From a bacterium (lineage in GTDB: Bacteria; Bacteroidota; Ignavibacteria; Kapaibacteriales; UBA7675): a DNA stretch of 64,000 bases. The DNA lies in contig JAUIKM010000001.1 in the NCBI GenBank assembly GCA_030430495.1, positions 202,447 through 266,446 of the forward strand, in the 5' to 3' direction. The notes under the pieces were generated by a model that did not search any database, had not been told where the DNA came from, and saw only the letters and a list, made by a program, of their open reading frames with translations. Below are positions 17,629 to 29,239 of the stretch, in pieces (the stretch's first letter is position 1; each line of letters opens with the position of its first letter). The position numbers were made by a program, and so were the translations under genes.

Positions 17629-19032
17629 TCAGACCGGGAATTTCAAGGTGAAGGTCGAACCTTTGTCGAGTTCACTTTCGACGCTGACTGAGCCCTTGTA
17701 CATTTCCATGACGTGTTTCACGATGGCCAGGCCAAGACCGCTGCCGCCGAGTTCACGTGAACGCGCTTTGTCGACGCGGTAGAAACGTTCAAAAATACGG
17801 CCCAGATCTTCCTTCTTGATGCCGCGGCCGGTGTCGGCAACCTTGATGATGCACTTGCCGCCTTCGAGGAAAGAATGCACCGTAACGGAGCCTTTTTCCG
17901 TGTATTTAACAGCGTTGTCCATCAGGTTAATAATGGCTTTGTCGAGGTGGTAGGTGTCGACGAGCAGCCTGAAGTCCACGGGCAGTTTATTGTCGTAGTT
18001 AAGCGCCAGGCCTTTGTCGCGCGCCTTGCGGTTGAAGTCTTCCAGCAGGTTGCGAATGTAGTCTTCCAGGCGAATATAACGCTCGTCGCGGCTCTGCTGA
18101 TAGGATTCCAGACGCGAAAGGTCGAGCATGTCGTTGACGATTATTTCCAGGCGTTCAACGTTGGAAAGGGCGCGTTCCAGGAAACGGCGATTAACCTGTT
18201 TGTTTTCGAGCGCGCCGTCCAGCAGTGTTTCAACGTATCCCTTGATGGCGCTTACCGGCGTTTTTAACTCGTGTGAAGCGTTGGCGATAAAGTCGCGGCG
18301 CACTTCCTGCACGCGTTCGTATTGCTCGATGTTTGAGCGAAGTTTCTCGCCCATCGATTTAATCGAGCGGCCCAGTTCGCCGATTTCGTTGCGCTGATTG
18401 ATGTCCGGCGTCGTCGAGTAGTTTCCGTCGGCAATCCGTTTGGTCATGCCGATGAGATGTGAAATCGGCCGCGTTAAATAACGCGAGAGATTAAGAATGG
18501 AAAGCAGGGCAATGAGTGAGGAGACGGTGGCGGCGATTACGAGAATGAAGCGGATCTTGAGCACGTTGTCATCGATAAAATCGAGGTCGTGAGCGATCCG
18601 GATAATATAACCGCTGGGAGCGTCGTAGGCGGTGTAAAGCAGGTTCTGCTGTAGCGTCTGACTGTATCGACGCGAGTTGCCGAAGTGATCCGGGCTGTTG
18701 AGCGCCTGAACGACCTCGTCGCGTTCGATGTGATTTTCCAGCGGTGTTTCATTAACATCGACGCGCGTATCCAGGATCACATTCCCGACGCTGTCGATAA
18801 GCGTAACACGGGCCCCGACGTAACCGGCCAGTCGATCGACAACGGCGTAGGAGTTGCCGTTGTACTGCAGCAGCGACTCATCAATGAGCTGGCACTGCGT
18901 TTTCATGTTTTCGACCAACTGGTCCTGCATATTTTGCTGCAGCAGATTTTCCGCCGTCAGCAGCAGAACCAGTGAACAGACCAGATAGAGACCGATGAAG
19001 ATTATCGAAAGCTGGGAATGGACTTTGCGCAT
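17629..19032 (-). CDS. Sensor histidine kinase (PhoR/EnvZ-like; 2 TM, HAMP, HisKA, HATPase_c)
   Basis: H-box ASHELKTPVSAIKGY. ATPase GGSGLGLAIVKHVMEMYKGSVSVESELDKGSTFTLKFP. It is immediately downstream of the response regulator. Confidence 0.9.
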   Translation of the reverse strand: MRKVHSQLSIIFIGLYLVCSLVLLLTAENLLQQNMQDQLVENMKTQCQLIDESLLQYNGNSYAVVDRLAGYVGARVTLIDSVGNVILDTRVDVNETPLENHIERDEVVQALNSPDHFGNSRRYSQTLQQNLLYTAYDAPSGYIIRIAHDLDFIDDNVLKIRFILVIAATVSSLIALLSILNLSRYLTRPISHLIGMTKRIADGNYSTTPDINQRNEIGELGRSIKSMGEKLRSNIEQYERVQEVRRDFIANASHELKTPVSAIKGYVETLLDGALENKQVNRRFLERALSNVERLEIIVNDMLDLSRLESYQQSRDERYIRLEDYIRNLLEDFNRKARDKGLALNYDNKLPVDFRLLVDTYHLDKAIINLMDNAVKYTEKGSVTVHSFLEGGKCIIKVADTGRGIKKEDLGRIFERFYRVDKARSRELGGSGLGLAIVKHVMEMYKGSVSVESELDKGSTFTLKFPV

Positions 19033-19770
19033 TTAGTCAATCAACTGAACAAATTTGTAGCCGACGCCCTGAACGGTTTGAATGTGCCGGGCATAGTTGT
19101 TGAGTTTCTTGCGAATCTTCGTGACATGCACGTCGACCGTCCGTTCAATCTGATAGGCGTCTTCACCCCAGACATTATACAGGAGGTCCTTGCGGGAGAA
19201 GACAATACCCGGACGTTTCATCAGAAAATACAACAAATCGAACTCTTTGGGCAGAAGTTTGATCTCGACTTCGGCGACTTTGACGGTATAACTGAGGCGA
19301 TCTATCTCAACTTCGCCGATTTTGATGATTTCCTTGTCTGCGCCGCGGAACTTGTTAAGGCGCTCTTTCTGGCGGAAAATAGCGCGCACTTTGGCGGTGA
19401 TAACGCGCGGGCTGAATGGTTTGGTCAGGTAGTCATCCGCACCCAACTCAAGGCCGAGCACTTCGTCCACTTCTTCGGATTTGGCCGTCAGGAACACAAC
19501 GGATGCGTTCTTCAGCTTGGAATTCTGGCGCAGGGCCTTGCACACTTCGTAGCCGTCGAAGCCTGGCATCATGATGTCGAGCAGGATTACTTCGGGCATC
19601 ACGCGGTCCGCTATCGTCAATGCGTCCTTGCCGTTGTCCGCGGTGTAGACCTTGTATCCTTCGTTGCCGAGATTATACGAAAGGATCTCAAGAATATCGC
19701 GTTCGTCGTCGACGCAAAGAATGATTTTGTCTTTTTTCACGACTGCTGCACTCCTGCTGTATAAAAGCAT
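19033..19770 (-). CDS. OmpR/PhoB-family response regulator (REC + winged-helix)
   Basis: KIILCVDDERDILEILSYNL...ILLDIMMPGFDGYEVC. Winged helix LLPKEFDLLYFLMKRPGIVFSRKDLLYNVWG...VDVHVTKIRKKL. The ORF-track N-terminal 68 aa are probably not translated; the start is the ATG at 19770 or the GTG near 19738. Confidence 0.85.
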   Translation of the reverse strand: MLLYSRSAAVVKKDKIILCVDDERDILEILSYNLGNEGYKVYTADNGKDALTIADRVMPEVILLDIMMPGFDGYEVCKALRQNSKLKNASVVFLTAKSEEVDEVLGLELGADDYLTKPFSPRVITAKVRAIFRQKERLNKFRGADKEIIKIGEVEIDRLSYTVKVAEVEIKLLPKEFDLLYFLMKRPGIVFSRKDLLYNVWGEDAYQIERTVDVHVTKIRKKLNNYARHIQTVQGVGYKFVQLID

Positions 19771-20420
19771 GATTTGAGACGTTCGTGCCCGATTTGCCGT
19801 GCACAAACTGAATTTGTTGATCGCCTGTGCGCGAATTTCCGGCTTAAACAGATCCGTCTGACGGGCTGCTCGCTCGCTGAAATCCGTCGTTTTTGCTGTG
19901 ACCTGGAAGAATCTGTGGTGGCGGGGAATGTGCGGAAGTAACCAGGAGGGGTGTTTAAAGACGATGCGCTGCATTGCAGACGCAGTTCTGCCGGCGGACG
20001 CGTTGCCGCCGTCGGATTCGACGCATTGCGCCCATTCTCACCTGAATCGGCCTGCCGCGTCCGCACCTGCCGAAAGGAAGGCGCGAGTCGCTCTGACTTT
20101 TGTCGATCGGACAGGTCCAATCCAATGCGGGCTGACGTCATAGATTCCTTACCGCCGGACAATCATTGTCTTTCTGCTGCAAAAATATGTCCTTTATGTA
20201 AACCTCATGTTTGTCACATATTAATAAGGTGTAAAATGGCCGGAACGCAAAACGGCGGCGCAGATTGTTGCGTCGCCGTTTCAGCTTCGTTTCGCTGTGG
20301 AGCAAGGCCCGCCGTCGGGTGGAGATCGGCGCAAGCTGCGTCTGCACGGCTCATCCGGCACCGAAATTGCCGCGTCCGAATCACCGATCAGGCGCCCTTG
20401 GCCGGCCGGGCCGATTGACC

Positions 20421-21347
20421 TCAATTGTGGTTGAGTCCACTGTTTGCGCGCACCGCCGTCTGCAGCTGCTGAATTCCGAGTTTTTTGCCGGCAGAGGCAT
20501 TAAACTCCAGTGTTTTGATCGGATAGGGAATCGTGATGTCATGTTGACTGAATGCACTGCTTATGCGCATGATTGCTTCCGACTTGGCTTCCATCCACAA
20601 GCCGATGTTGTCATCTTTTAACCAGAAACGCGCGACGAGTTCGATTGCACTGTCGCCGTAGTCGAGGAAGAGCACTTCGATTTCGCGATCGCGGTCTCGC
20701 ATACCAATATTTTGCAGCGCCTCGTTGAGTACGCTTTGCACTTTTTCCAGGTCTTCACCGAAAGCGACGGCCAGTCCGATGTCGATGCGGCGTTGTTTGC
20801 TGGAGTCGAAATTTACGACCACATCGTTGTACAGCAGTTTATTTGGAATGATGACGTCGTGACCGTGGTAGGAGCGAATCGTTGTTGTGCGCATGTGCGT
20901 GCCGCGCACCCAGCCCTCAAATTCACCGATGCGCACGAGGTCGCCCGGTAAAATCGGCTCGCGCACGGCAATTCCGATTCCGGCTATGACGTTGACAATC
21001 GTTTCCTGAAACGCGAGACTGACGGCCAGACCGAGTATCCCCGCACCGGCAAGCAGTGAAGTCACCGTTTTGTCCAGCTCCAGAATGCCGAGCGCGGCGA
21101 ACAATCCCAGGACCATTACCGCAAAGAACGTCAGCGTTTCCAGCAGTTTTCGCAGGCTGGAATTCAGCTTGTTTAATCGGTCCAGCAATCCGTGCAGGCC
21201 CGTGCGCGAAAGGCGCGCCAGGAAATAAAAACACAGCAGCGTAACGATCGCAAATACGATGCGCGGAAAAAAGTCGGATATGTCCCCGATTAACTCAAGG
21301 CCCGAGTTGAAAGACTGTTGTACAACGTTGGACAAGTCGTTCAGCAT
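20421..21347 (-). CDS. Small-conductance mechanosensitive channel (MscS family)
   Basis: TM helices plus the conserved MscS beta-domain: GDLVRIGEFEGWVRGTHMRTTTIRSYHGHDVIIPNKLLYNDVVVNF. Confidence 0.85.
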   Translation of the reverse strand: MLNDLSNVVQQSFNSGLELIGDISDFFPRIVFAIVTLLCFYFLARLSRTGLHGLLDRLNKLNSSLRKLLETLTFFAVMVLGLFAALGILELDKTVTSLLAGAGILGLAVSLAFQETIVNVIAGIGIAVREPILPGDLVRIGEFEGWVRGTHMRTTTIRSYHGHDVIIPNKLLYNDVVVNFDSSKQRRIDIGLAVAFGEDLEKVQSVLNEALQNIGMRDRDREIEVLFLDYGDSAIELVARFWLKDDNIGLWMEAKSEAIMRISSAFSQHDITIPYPIKTLEFNASAGKKLGIQQLQTAVRANSGLNHN

Positions 21348-21711
21348 GAAACTCCCCGACGGTAAAGCAAGGTGAACAAAAACGAATGTTGCGCCGGAAC
21401 GGCGACTGTGGGTGGATCTGCGGTCGGTGGGACAAAACAGATCGAAGTGGGGGAGTCGGACTGCGCCGCGCGGCGTGCGCCGGCGGCAGCCCTGGCGGCA
21501 TTAAGTGAAAAGTCAAACGGAATATGTTCGAGATTCGAACGCCTGATAACTCTCCTCCGACTCTGGAAAAATACAAACAGAAAGATAAACGTATCCGGCC
21601 TCGTTAATATTGTAATTCAGACATATTTGGCGTAACTTCGGTCGCCTTAACCTGACAAAATACTTGTTTAAGTCTTGCGTGGCTGCACGCCGCATCAATA
21701 GCGGAAAACGG

Positions 21712-22914
21712 GATATGACGGAGCTGACGCCTGCGCAGGCGCGTATGATATTTCTGGACTCGCAGACCCTGCGACTTAAACATCGCCGCTGGAAAGGACA
21801 TGCGGGCCTGGTGGAATGTGTTAAACATCTGGGCTACGTGCAGATCGACACGATCAGCGCCGTGCAACGCGCACACCACCACGTTTTCTGGACGCGCGTC
21901 GGCGCATATAAACCGGAGATGATCGACCGGGCGCAAGCCGATAAAAGACAGATCTTTGAATACTGGAGCCATGCGGCGTCATATCTGCCGATGGATGATT
22001 TCAGGTATTCCTTGCCGCGCAAGCGCCGCCTGCACGACAAGTGGCGCGCAGGCTGGTCGCGGGAGCACATGAAGGTGCAAAGTTATGTGCTCGACAGAAT
22101 CAGAGCCGAAGGCGAACTCTCGGCGCGCGAATTTGAAGCGCCGCCGGACTGGAAGTCGGGCAACTGGTTTGACTGGAAACCGGCCAAATCGGCACTGGAA
22201 AATCTGTTTCACACCGGCGATCTGATGATCAGCAAACGCGTCGGTTTCCAGAAGTATTTTGATCTGCCGGAACGCGTCGTGCCGTCGCGGATCCAAAGTG
22301 AGTTCCCGACAGAAAATGAGCAGATCCGACACCTTATACTGTCAATGCTGCGGGCCCACGGCCTGGGCTCGGCCGCGGAAATGTCGTATCTGCGCAAGGT
22401 GGCGCGAGCGACTATGAATGAAGTTCTGTGCGGCATGCGGGAAAGCGGCGACATTGCCGCGGTGTGCATCCACGGCATCGACGAGGAGTACTACACGCTG
22501 CCGGCCTTGTTGTCCAATCTGCCGGCGCGTCCGGCGCACGCGCGTCTGCGCATTCTCTCGCCATTCGACAACCTGGTGATTCAGCGCAAAAAGTTGCAGC
22601 GCCTGTTCAACTTTGACTACACGATTGAATGTTACGTTCCCGCGCCGAAGCGACAGTTCGGCTACTTTTGTTTGCCCTTGTTGTACAGGTCGAACATCAT
22701 CGGGCGGCTTGACGCCAAAGCGGCGCGGGCTGAACGCGTTCTTATTGTGAAGTCGCTGTGGCTGGAGCATCCGGAGCGCGCGGACGGACTTCTGGCTGCG
22801 AGCCTGGCCGAGGAGTTGAGAGACTTTGCGACGTTTAACGGGTGCGACGACATCAAACTTGAAGACTGCAATGATGCAAACTTGAAACAGGCGCTCCGTC
22901 GCAGTCTGAAGTGA
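21712..22914 (+). CDS. Winged-helix DNA glycosylase YcaQ/AlkZ family (DUF1006), interstrand-crosslink repair type
   Basis: Blocks align to E. coli YcaQ: YVQIDTISAVQRA ~ LLQIDTINIVARS, EYWSHAA, WFDWKPAKSALENLFHTGDLMISKR ~ WWEWKPHKRHLEGLFTAGKVMVIER, LSPFDNLVIQRKKLQRLFNFDYTIECYVPAPKRQFGYFCLPLL ~ [43 protein letters not shown]. Confidence 0.85.
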   Translation, partial: DMTELTPAQARMIFLDSQTLRLKHRRWKGHAGLVECVKHLGYVQIDTISAVQRAHHHVFWTRVGAYKPEMIDRAQADKRQIFEYWSHAASYLPMDDFRYSLPRKRRLHDKWRAGWSREHMKVQSYVLDRIRAEGELSAREFEAPPDWKSGNWFDWKPAKSALENLFHTGDLMISKRVGFQKYFDLPERVVPSRIQSEFPTENEQIRHLILSMLRAHGLGSAAEMSYLRKVARATMNEVLCGMRESGDIAAVCIHGIDEEYYTLPALLSNLPARPAHARLRILSPFDNLVIQRKKLQRLFNFDYTIECYVPAPKRQFGYFCLPLLYRSNIIGRLDAKAARAERVLIVKSLWLEHPERADGLLAASLAEELRDFATFNGCDDIKLEDCNDANLKQALRRSLK

Positions 22915-23173
22915 TTCCGATACTATCAATCAGCGGCTCAGCTATTGTTTAAAACAGCAAATCCGACCGTCTTGCGACGGCCGGACCTGATGTCACTGTG
23001 TGTCGTGGTTGCCCTGACTGTTTCCCGTTCTACCGTATCTGCGTCTTCATCCTATCCACTGCTGTCAATCCATTCAACTTGTATTCTGTCTGGTGCGGGC
23101 AACCGCGGTTCACGGAGTCGTGAACAAATTCGTTCGTTGCATTCGATTGAACCACGCCGAACTATTTGTGTCG

Positions 23174-23584
23174 TTATTCACCGGCAATTTCAATCGTGCG
23201 CGCTTTGGCCTGGTCCGTCTTCGGCGCGGTAATATGCAGGCTGCCGTGTTTGAACCTGGCTTTGATGCCGGTCGCGTCAACCGTGCGCGGCAGGCGGAAC
23301 GTGCGTTCAAAGTCGCCGAAGATGCGTTCGTGCCGCACAAAGCGCGGTTTGTTCTCGCCGTCTTTGCTGCGCTCGCGGCGCGCTTTTACCGTCAGGACGC
23401 CTTCAACCATCTTGATCGAGATGTCGGCCGGTGCAATGCCCGGCAGGTCGAGGATCAAGGTGACGTTGTTGTCGTTTTCAACAATGTCGGTCGCGGGGCC
23501 GTAGGTGCGCGTTGCGGGTGCAGGCTGGTTGTGCGGGCGCGTTGCATAACGGCGGACCTGGGTCGGAGTGCAATTTGCATTCAT
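23174..23584 (-). CDS. Small heat-shock protein, Hsp20/alpha-crystallin family
   Basis: ACD: TDIVENDNNVTLILDLPGIAPADISIKMVEGVLTVKA...FERTFRLPRTVDATGIKARFKHGSLHITAPK. The start was moved to the ATG at MNANCT. Confidence 0.85.
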   Translation of the reverse strand: MNANCTPTQVRRYATRPHNQPAPATRTYGPATDIVENDNNVTLILDLPGIAPADISIKMVEGVLTVKARRERSKDGENKPRFVRHERIFGDFERTFRLPRTVDATGIKARFKHGSLHITAPKTDQAKARTIEIAGE

Positions 23585-23723
23585 GATATGTATTCCTGTT
23601 AAGATGTTGTTCAATATTTCAGTTGAGCGGCGTGGGAGCGCCCTGTAGGTGTGTCGCGGTAGCACCCCTCGCCGCAGCGAGGGGCATATCCGCATCTATG
23701 TTAAACCGGACAGATGCCGGCGA

Positions 23724-24185
23724 TTATCCTTCGGAAACGTTGATTGCGATTTCACGTGCGGCCGCGGCAGTCGGCTTCGGAATGTTAACCGTCAGAACGC
23801 CGTGTTTAAAGTCGGCTTTGATGTCTTCCGGATTGGCGCCCTCCGGCAGGGAAAAGGTGCGCAGGAACTTGCCGTAGCTGCGTTCACTGCGATGCACGCG
23901 ATCGCTGTTGTTCTCCGAATGGGAATTGCGCTCACCGCTGATCGTCAGCTTGCCGCCGTCGACCGCGAGTTTTACGTTGGACGGCTCGACGCCGGGGATG
24001 TCCGCGTGAATCTCGTAGGCGTTTTCCTGTTCGACGACGTCGATGCGCGGCCACCATGCCGCCGCAGAAGTCGAAGCAGTACCGCGATCCGAAAAGATCG
24101 GTTTGCCGAACACGCTGCTGACGAGATCGTTCACACTGGTTTCAAAGTTGCGCCAGTCGTTTGCGGGTAAAAGAGGAGTCAACAT
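23724..24185 (-). CDS. Small heat-shock protein, Hsp20/alpha-crystallin family (second tandem copy)
   Basis: WWPRIDVVEQENAYEIHADIPGVEPSNVKLAVDGGKLTISGER...FLRTFSLPEGANPEDIKADFKHGVLTVNIPK. Confidence 0.85.
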   Translation of the reverse strand: MLTPLLPANDWRNFETSVNDLVSSVFGKPIFSDRGTASTSAAAWWPRIDVVEQENAYEIHADIPGVEPSNVKLAVDGGKLTISGERNSHSENNSDRVHRSERSYGKFLRTFSLPEGANPEDIKADFKHGVLTVNIPKPTAAAAREIAINVSEG

Positions 24186-24557
24186 TTCAGTACCTCATTG
24201 CTGTTTGATGATTGGAGTATCACTATTGAGTCTTGATTTCGATGTTGTGTGCCGCTCATCGCGGTACGCCGACCATTGTACAAACGACGTGCCAAAAGTG
24301 AATTCGGCCTGATCTGTTGATTATCTCTGCCATCATGACAGCGCGACAGACAAAACTGCCAAGGCATTCTGCCACAATTGTCGGTCGCTGCGATTTTGAC
24401 AGACTGAATTTGGCGCTTGCTGTCGATGTGACAGGTAAATCCTGCGCTTCGACGAGAAAACGGTCATGTTGACAACTGATCCATTTCGAAGCCGCGAAAA
24501 TTTGTATTTTGACGGTTTTGATGTGGGCAAGAGAACAACAAACGGAAGAGGGAAGGG

Positions 24558-26438
24558 ATGGCTGTGCAGCATGGCTATACCGAAGAGAGCATCAGGTCGC
24601 TTGACCCGATGGAGCATATCCGCCTGCGCCCGGGTATGTATATCGGCAAGCTCGGGGATGGTTCTTCTGCGGATGACGGCATTTATGTGCTCATCAAGGA
24701 GGTGGTCGACAATTCGATCGATGAGCACGTTATGGGCTTCGGCAAGACGATTGAAATTGCGGTGGACGAGCGCCGCGTAACGGTGCGCGACTACGGGCGC
24801 GGCATTCCGCTGGGGAAGGTGGTGGAATGTGTGTCGCAGATTAACACCGGCGGCAAGTTCGACAGCAAGGCCTTTAAGAAATCGGTCGGACTTAACGGCG
24901 TCGGCACCAAGGCGGTTAACGCCCTGTCGGAATATTTCATGGTGCAGAGCGTACGCGACGGCAAAATGAAGGTCGCCGAGTTTGCCGGCGGCAAATTGAC
25001 TGCCAATAAACGCCTGCAGTCGACCTCCTACCGCAACGGCACCAAATTTGTCTTCGAGCCGGACCAGGAAGTGTTTAAGAACTTCCGCTTTGTGCCGGAA
25101 TTCCTCGAAAATCAGATCAAGTACTACACCTACCTGAACGCCGGTCTGACGATTGTGTTTAATGGTCAGAAGTACCATTCCAGGGAAGGATTAAAAGACC
25201 TGCTGACGCATTCGGCCGACGTCGAGGAGTTGCGTTATCCGATCATTCACATGCGCGACGAAGACATCGAATTTGCGCTGAGCCACGGCAGTCACTACGG
25301 CGAGCAATATTACTCCTTTGTTAACGGCCAGCATACCACACAGGGCGGCACTCACCTCAACGCATTCCGGGAAGCTCTTGTTAAGACCGCACGGGAGTTT
25401 TTCAAAAAAGATTTTGATGCCTCCGATGTGCGCGCTTCCGTGCTGGGAGCTGTAAGCGTGCGCATCCAGGAACCCATCTTTGAGTCGCAGACCAAGACAA
25501 AACTGGGTTCGCAGACAATGTCGCCCAACGGCGTGTCCGTGCGCGGTTTTATTGTTGATTATGTGCAGAGTAAACTCGACGATTTCCTGCACAAAAATCC
25601 GCAGACGGCGGACGCTATGTTAAAACGCATCGTGCAGTCCGAGCGCGAGCGCAAGGAAATGGCCGGAATCAAAAAACTCGCCAATCAGCGCGCTAAAAAG
25701 GCCAACCTGCACAACAAAAAACTGCGCGACTGCAAGTATCACCTGAGCGATCCCAAAGCGCCTGAAGACAAGGCGCGCGAGTCCACCTTGTTTATCACCG
25801 AGGGCGATTCCGCCAGCGGCTCGCTCACCAAGTCGCGCGACGTCGGCACACAGGCCGTCTTTTCACTGCGCGGCAAACCCCTGAATTCCTTCGGTATGAA
25901 AAAACGCGTGGTGTACGAAAACGAAGAGTTTAATCTGCTGCAACACGCGCTGGACATCGAAGACGGCCTCGACAGCCTGCGTTACAACCGCGTTGTAATC
26001 GCAACCGACGCCGACGTCGACGGCATGCACATCCGCCTGTTGATGTTGACCTTCTTCCTGCAGTTCTTTCCCGAACTGGTCCGCAAGGGACACGTTTACA
26101 TTCTGGAAACGCCGCTTTTCCGCGTGCGCAACAAAAAGGTGACGGAGTACTGTTACAATGAACAGGAAAAACAGGCGGCGCTCGGACGGCTCGGCAAAAA
26201 CGCCGAGATAACGCGATTTAAAGGTCTCGGAGAAATTTCGCCGGACGAATTCGGCGCGTTTATCGGCGAAGAAATACGTTTAAGTCCGGTAACGCTCAGA
26301 AGCGAAACTCACCTGACGCGGCTGCTTAGTTATTACATGGGCAAAAACACGCCCGTGCGCCAGGAGTTTATCGTAAAAAACCTGCGCGTGGAACAGGACC
26401 TGATCGAGACGGAGGAGGCCGAACATGTCGAAGCGTAA
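24558..26438 (+). CDS. parE: Type IIA topoisomerase B subunit, most likely topoisomerase IV ParE (626 aa, lacks the long GyrB insertion)
   Basis: [17 protein letters not shown] (Bacteroidota ParE-type N-terminus). GHKL ATPase. [14 protein letters not shown] and [12 protein letters not shown]. Adjacent to and overlapping the A subunit gene. Confidence 0.75.
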   Translation: MAVQHGYTEESIRSLDPMEHIRLRPGMYIGKLGDGSSADDGIYVLIKEVVDNSIDEHVMGFGKTIEIAVDERRVTVRDYGRGIPLGKVVECVSQINTGGKFDSKAFKKSVGLNGVGTKAVNALSEYFMVQSVRDGKMKVAEFAGGKLTANKRLQSTSYRNGTKFVFEPDQEVFKNFRFVPEFLENQIKYYTYLNAGLTIVFNGQKYHSREGLKDLLTHSADVEELRYPIIHMRDEDIEFALSHGSHYGEQYYSFVNGQHTTQGGTHLNAFREALVKTAREFFKKDFDASDVRASVLGAVSVRIQEPIFESQTKTKLGSQTMSPNGVSVRGFIVDYVQSKLDDFLHKNPQTADAMLKRIVQSERERKEMAGIKKLANQRAKKANLHNKKLRDCKYHLSDPKAPEDKARESTLFITEGDSASGSLTKSRDVGTQAVFSLRGKPLNSFGMKKRVVYENEEFNLLQHALDIEDGLDSLRYNRVVIATDADVDGMHIRLLMLTFFLQFFPELVRKGHVYILETPLFRVRNKKVTEYCYNEQEKQAALGRLGKNAEITRFKGLGEISPDEFGAFIGEEIRLSPVTLRSETHLTRLLSYYMGKNTPVRQEFIVKNLRVEQDLIETEEAEHVEA

Positions 26439-29124
26439 CAAAAAAGGTGAAGACACGCCGGACCTTTTTGCCGAAAATGCGGATGACCAGGCGACCGACC
26501 CGCAACCTCAATCTGAACAACAAACAAGAGGATCAGGCAAAGTGCAAGGGGAAGCAGCCGATTCACAGGATCAGGAACATAACGACGACACGGTTCAGGC
26601 GGAAGGCGACAGCGCAGAAACGACCGATGGACAGGACGAAGACGGGCAGCACAACGGCTTGAGCGGGCACGGTCTGGTTTCGGTCAGCGGTATGTACGAG
26701 AATTATTACCTCGACTACGCTTCTTATGTGATTCTGGAGCGCGCCGTTCCCGCGCTGGAAGACGGACTTAAACCGGTGCAGCGCCGCATTCTGCATTCGA
26801 TGCGCCGCATGGAAGACGGACGTTTTCACAAAGTGGCCAACGTGATTGGGCATACAATGCAGTTTCACCCACACGGCGACGCGGCCATAGGCGATGCGAT
26901 TGTTAACCTCGGTCAAAAAGAATTGTTGATCGACACGCAGGGAAACTGGGGCGATACGCGTACGGGCGACCGCGCCGCAGCGCCTCGTTATATTGAAACG
27001 CGTCTTTCCCGCTTTGCCCTGGAAGTGGTGTTTAACCCGCAGACGACGGAATGGCAGATGTCCTACGACGGGCGCAACAAAGAGCCTGTCGATCTTCCCG
27101 TTAAGTTCCCGCTCCTGCTGGCGCAGGGCGTCGAGGGAATTGCCGTTGGTCTGGCAACCAAAATCATGCCGCACAACTTTGTTGAACTGTGCGAGGCGTC
27201 GATTGCCTGGCTGAAAGGGCGCAAACCCAAGCTGCTGCCGGACTTTCCCAACGGCGGCATGATGGATGCGAGCAATTACAACGGCGGGCAAAAGGGCGGA
27301 CGCATCCGCCTGCGCGCACACATTGAAACGGTCGACAAACGCACGCTTAACATTACGAGCATCCCCTACGGCGTCACGACGCAGAACCTGATCGACTCGA
27401 TCATCAAAGCCAACGACTCCGGGAAAATCAAGATCAAAAAGGTGGAGGATCAGACGGCGCGCGATGTTAACATTCTGGTGCACCTGGCGCCGAATACATC
27501 GCCAGACGTCACGCTCGACGCGCTCTACGCCTTTACGCATTGTGAGGTGTCGATCTCGCCCAACTGCTGCGTCATCGTCGATAGTCACCCGCAGTTTATC
27601 AGTGTCAACGAGTGCCTGATGCGTTCGACCGACCAGACTGTGGACCTGCTTAAACGCGAACTGGAGATTCGTCTGGCCGAACTGGCGGAGCGTTGGCATT
27701 TCAGTTCGCTCGAAAAGATCTTCATCGAGAATCGCATCTATCGCGACATCGAAGAGTGCGAAACCTGGGAGTCGGTGATCTCCACGATCGACGCGGGTCT
27801 GGAGCCGTTTAAGGCCCGGTTGCATCGCGAGGTTACGCGCGACGACATCATCAAACTGACCGAAATCAAAATTAAACGCATCTCGCGCTACGATTCGTTC
27901 AAAGCGGATGAAGTCATTGCCGACATCGAAGATGAAATGGCCGACGTGGAGCACAATCTGGAGGAGCTGACCGAATACGCGATAGAGTACTTCCGCGCTT
28001 TGCTCAGCAAATACGGCAAGGGCCGCGAGCGCCGCACGGAAATCCGCACGTTCGACACAATTGAAGTCGCCACCGTGGCGGCCGCCAACCAGAAACTCTA
28101 CGTCAATCGCCAGGATGGATTTATCGGCTACGGCCTCAAAAAGGACGAATTTGTCGAAGAGTGCTCCGACATCGACGATATTATTGTTTTCCGGCGCGAC
28201 GGCGGATATCAGATTACCAAGGTGTCCGAAAAGGCATTTGTCGGCAAGGACATTCTGCACGTGGCCGTCTGGAAACGCAGCGACGAACGCATGGTGTACA
28301 ATGTCTTGTACCGCGACGGCGCTACCGGCAAGTCATTTGCCAAGCGTTTTAACGTTACGGCCGGCACGCGCGATCGCGAATACAATTTAACGACGGGTTC
28401 CAAGGGCTCGAAAATCCTGTACTTCACGGCCAACCCCAACAGCGAGTCGGAGATTGTGACGATTTCACTCGACGCGCGTTCGCGGGCACGTATCAAGGAA
28501 TTCGACTTCGACTTCGGCGAACTCGACATCAAGAATCGCAATGCCAAGGGCAATACCGTGACGCGCTATACGGTGCGCAAAGTGGTGCAGAAGTCGCAGG
28601 GCGCTTCAACCCTGGGCGGGCTGGACCTTTACTATGACGATGCCGTCGGCAAGTTGAACAGCGACGAACGCGGCATGTACCTGGGCAGTTTCGAGGGCGA
28701 CGATCGCATTCTGGCCGTGTACCGGGACGGCAGCTACGAGCTGACGCAGTACGAAGTCAGTAAACGCTTTGAAGCCGATAAACTCTCGCTGATCAGGAAG
28801 TTTGATCCGGCCGACGTGCTCAGCGTGATTTATCTGGACGGCGAGAGCAAAAACTACTATGTTAAACGTTTCCAGATCGATACCGTAACCGTCGACAAGC
28901 GCTTCAGCTTTGTGACGGACCACAAACAAACCAGGCTCGAATTTGTCGACGCAGCCGAAGAACCGGTTGTGACGTTCAAGTTCAGCGGCATGAAACGCGG
29001 TGAACGCGGCGAACAAACCGTCAACCTGGCGGACTTTATCGATGTGCGCGGACGCCAGACGCAGGGCAACAAACTCGGCAACTACAAAAAAATCAGCGGC
29101 CTGAAAAAGGTCCAGTCCGAGTGA
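26425..29124 (+). CDS. parC: Type IIA topoisomerase A subunit, most likely topoisomerase IV ParC (899 aa) with an acidic N-terminal extension
   Basis: [14 protein letters not shown] and the catalytic Tyr region [10 protein letters not shown]. There is a long C-terminal beta-pinwheel-type region. It overlaps the parE stop by 14 nt. Confidence 0.75.
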   Translation: MSKRNKKGEDTPDLFAENADDQATDPQPQSEQQTRGSGKVQGEAADSQDQEHNDDTVQAEGDSAETTDGQDEDGQHNGLSGHGLVSVSGMYENYYLDYASYVILERAVPALEDGLKPVQRRILHSMRRMEDGRFHKVANVIGHTMQFHPHGDAAIGDAIVNLGQKELLIDTQGNWGDTRTGDRAAAPRYIETRLSRFALEVVFNPQTTEWQMSYDGRNKEPVDLPVKFPLLLAQGVEGIAVGLATKIMPHNFVELCEASIAWLKGRKPKLLPDFPNGGMMDASNYNGGQKGGRIRLRAHIETVDKRTLNITSIPYGVTTQNLIDSIIKANDSGKIKIKKVEDQTARDVNILVHLAPNTSPDVTLDALYAFTHCEVSISPNCCVIVDSHPQFISVNECLMRSTDQTVDLLKRELEIRLAELAERWHFSSLEKIFIENRIYRDIEECETWESVISTIDAGLEPFKARLHREVTRDDIIKLTEIKIKRISRYDSFKADEVIADIEDEMADVEHNLEELTEYAIEYFRALLSKYGKGRERRTEIRTFDTIEVATVAAANQKLYVNRQDGFIGYGLKKDEFVEECSDIDDIIVFRRDGGYQITKVSEKAFVGKDILHVAVWKRSDERMVYNVLYRDGATGKSFAKRFNVTAGTRDREYNLTTGSKGSKILYFTANPNSESEIVTISLDARSRARIKEFDFDFGELDIKNRNAKGNTVTRYTVRKVVQKSQGASTLGGLDLYYDDAVGKLNSDERGMYLGSFEGDDRILAVYRDGSYELTQYEVSKRFEADKLSLIRKFDPADVLSVIYLDGESKNYYVKRFQIDTVTVDKRFSFVTDHKQTRLEFVDAAEEPVVTFKFSGMKRGERGEQTVNLADFIDVRGRQTQGNKLGNYKKISGLKKVQSE

Positions 29125-29164
29125 GCTGTTAACACATCGAATCGCAGATACTGAGCTGAAAAAG

Positions 29165-29199
29165 AAAACCCGACGGCGAATGATTCACCGTCGGGTTTT
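29165..29199. terminator. 12-bp perfect hairpin aaaacccgacgg-cgaatgattca-ccgtcgggtttt between convergent parC and the FKBP gene
   Basis: Inverted repeat flanked by A-run/T-run; a bidirectional terminator. Confidence 0.6.
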
Positions 29200-29239
29200 G
29201 TGTTTTTACAGGCCTGTTAAACAACAGACTCAGAGGCGA

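Noticed and set aside
24558-29124. gyrB/gyrA instead of parE/parC
   Set aside because: The B subunit is short (626 aa) and starts with the IGKLGDGS-type N-terminus that I associate with Bacteroidota ParE. The A subunit is ~900 aa, like Bacteroidota ParC. Gyrase is not excluded without a second paralogous pair to compare, so confidence for the specific symbols is reduced.
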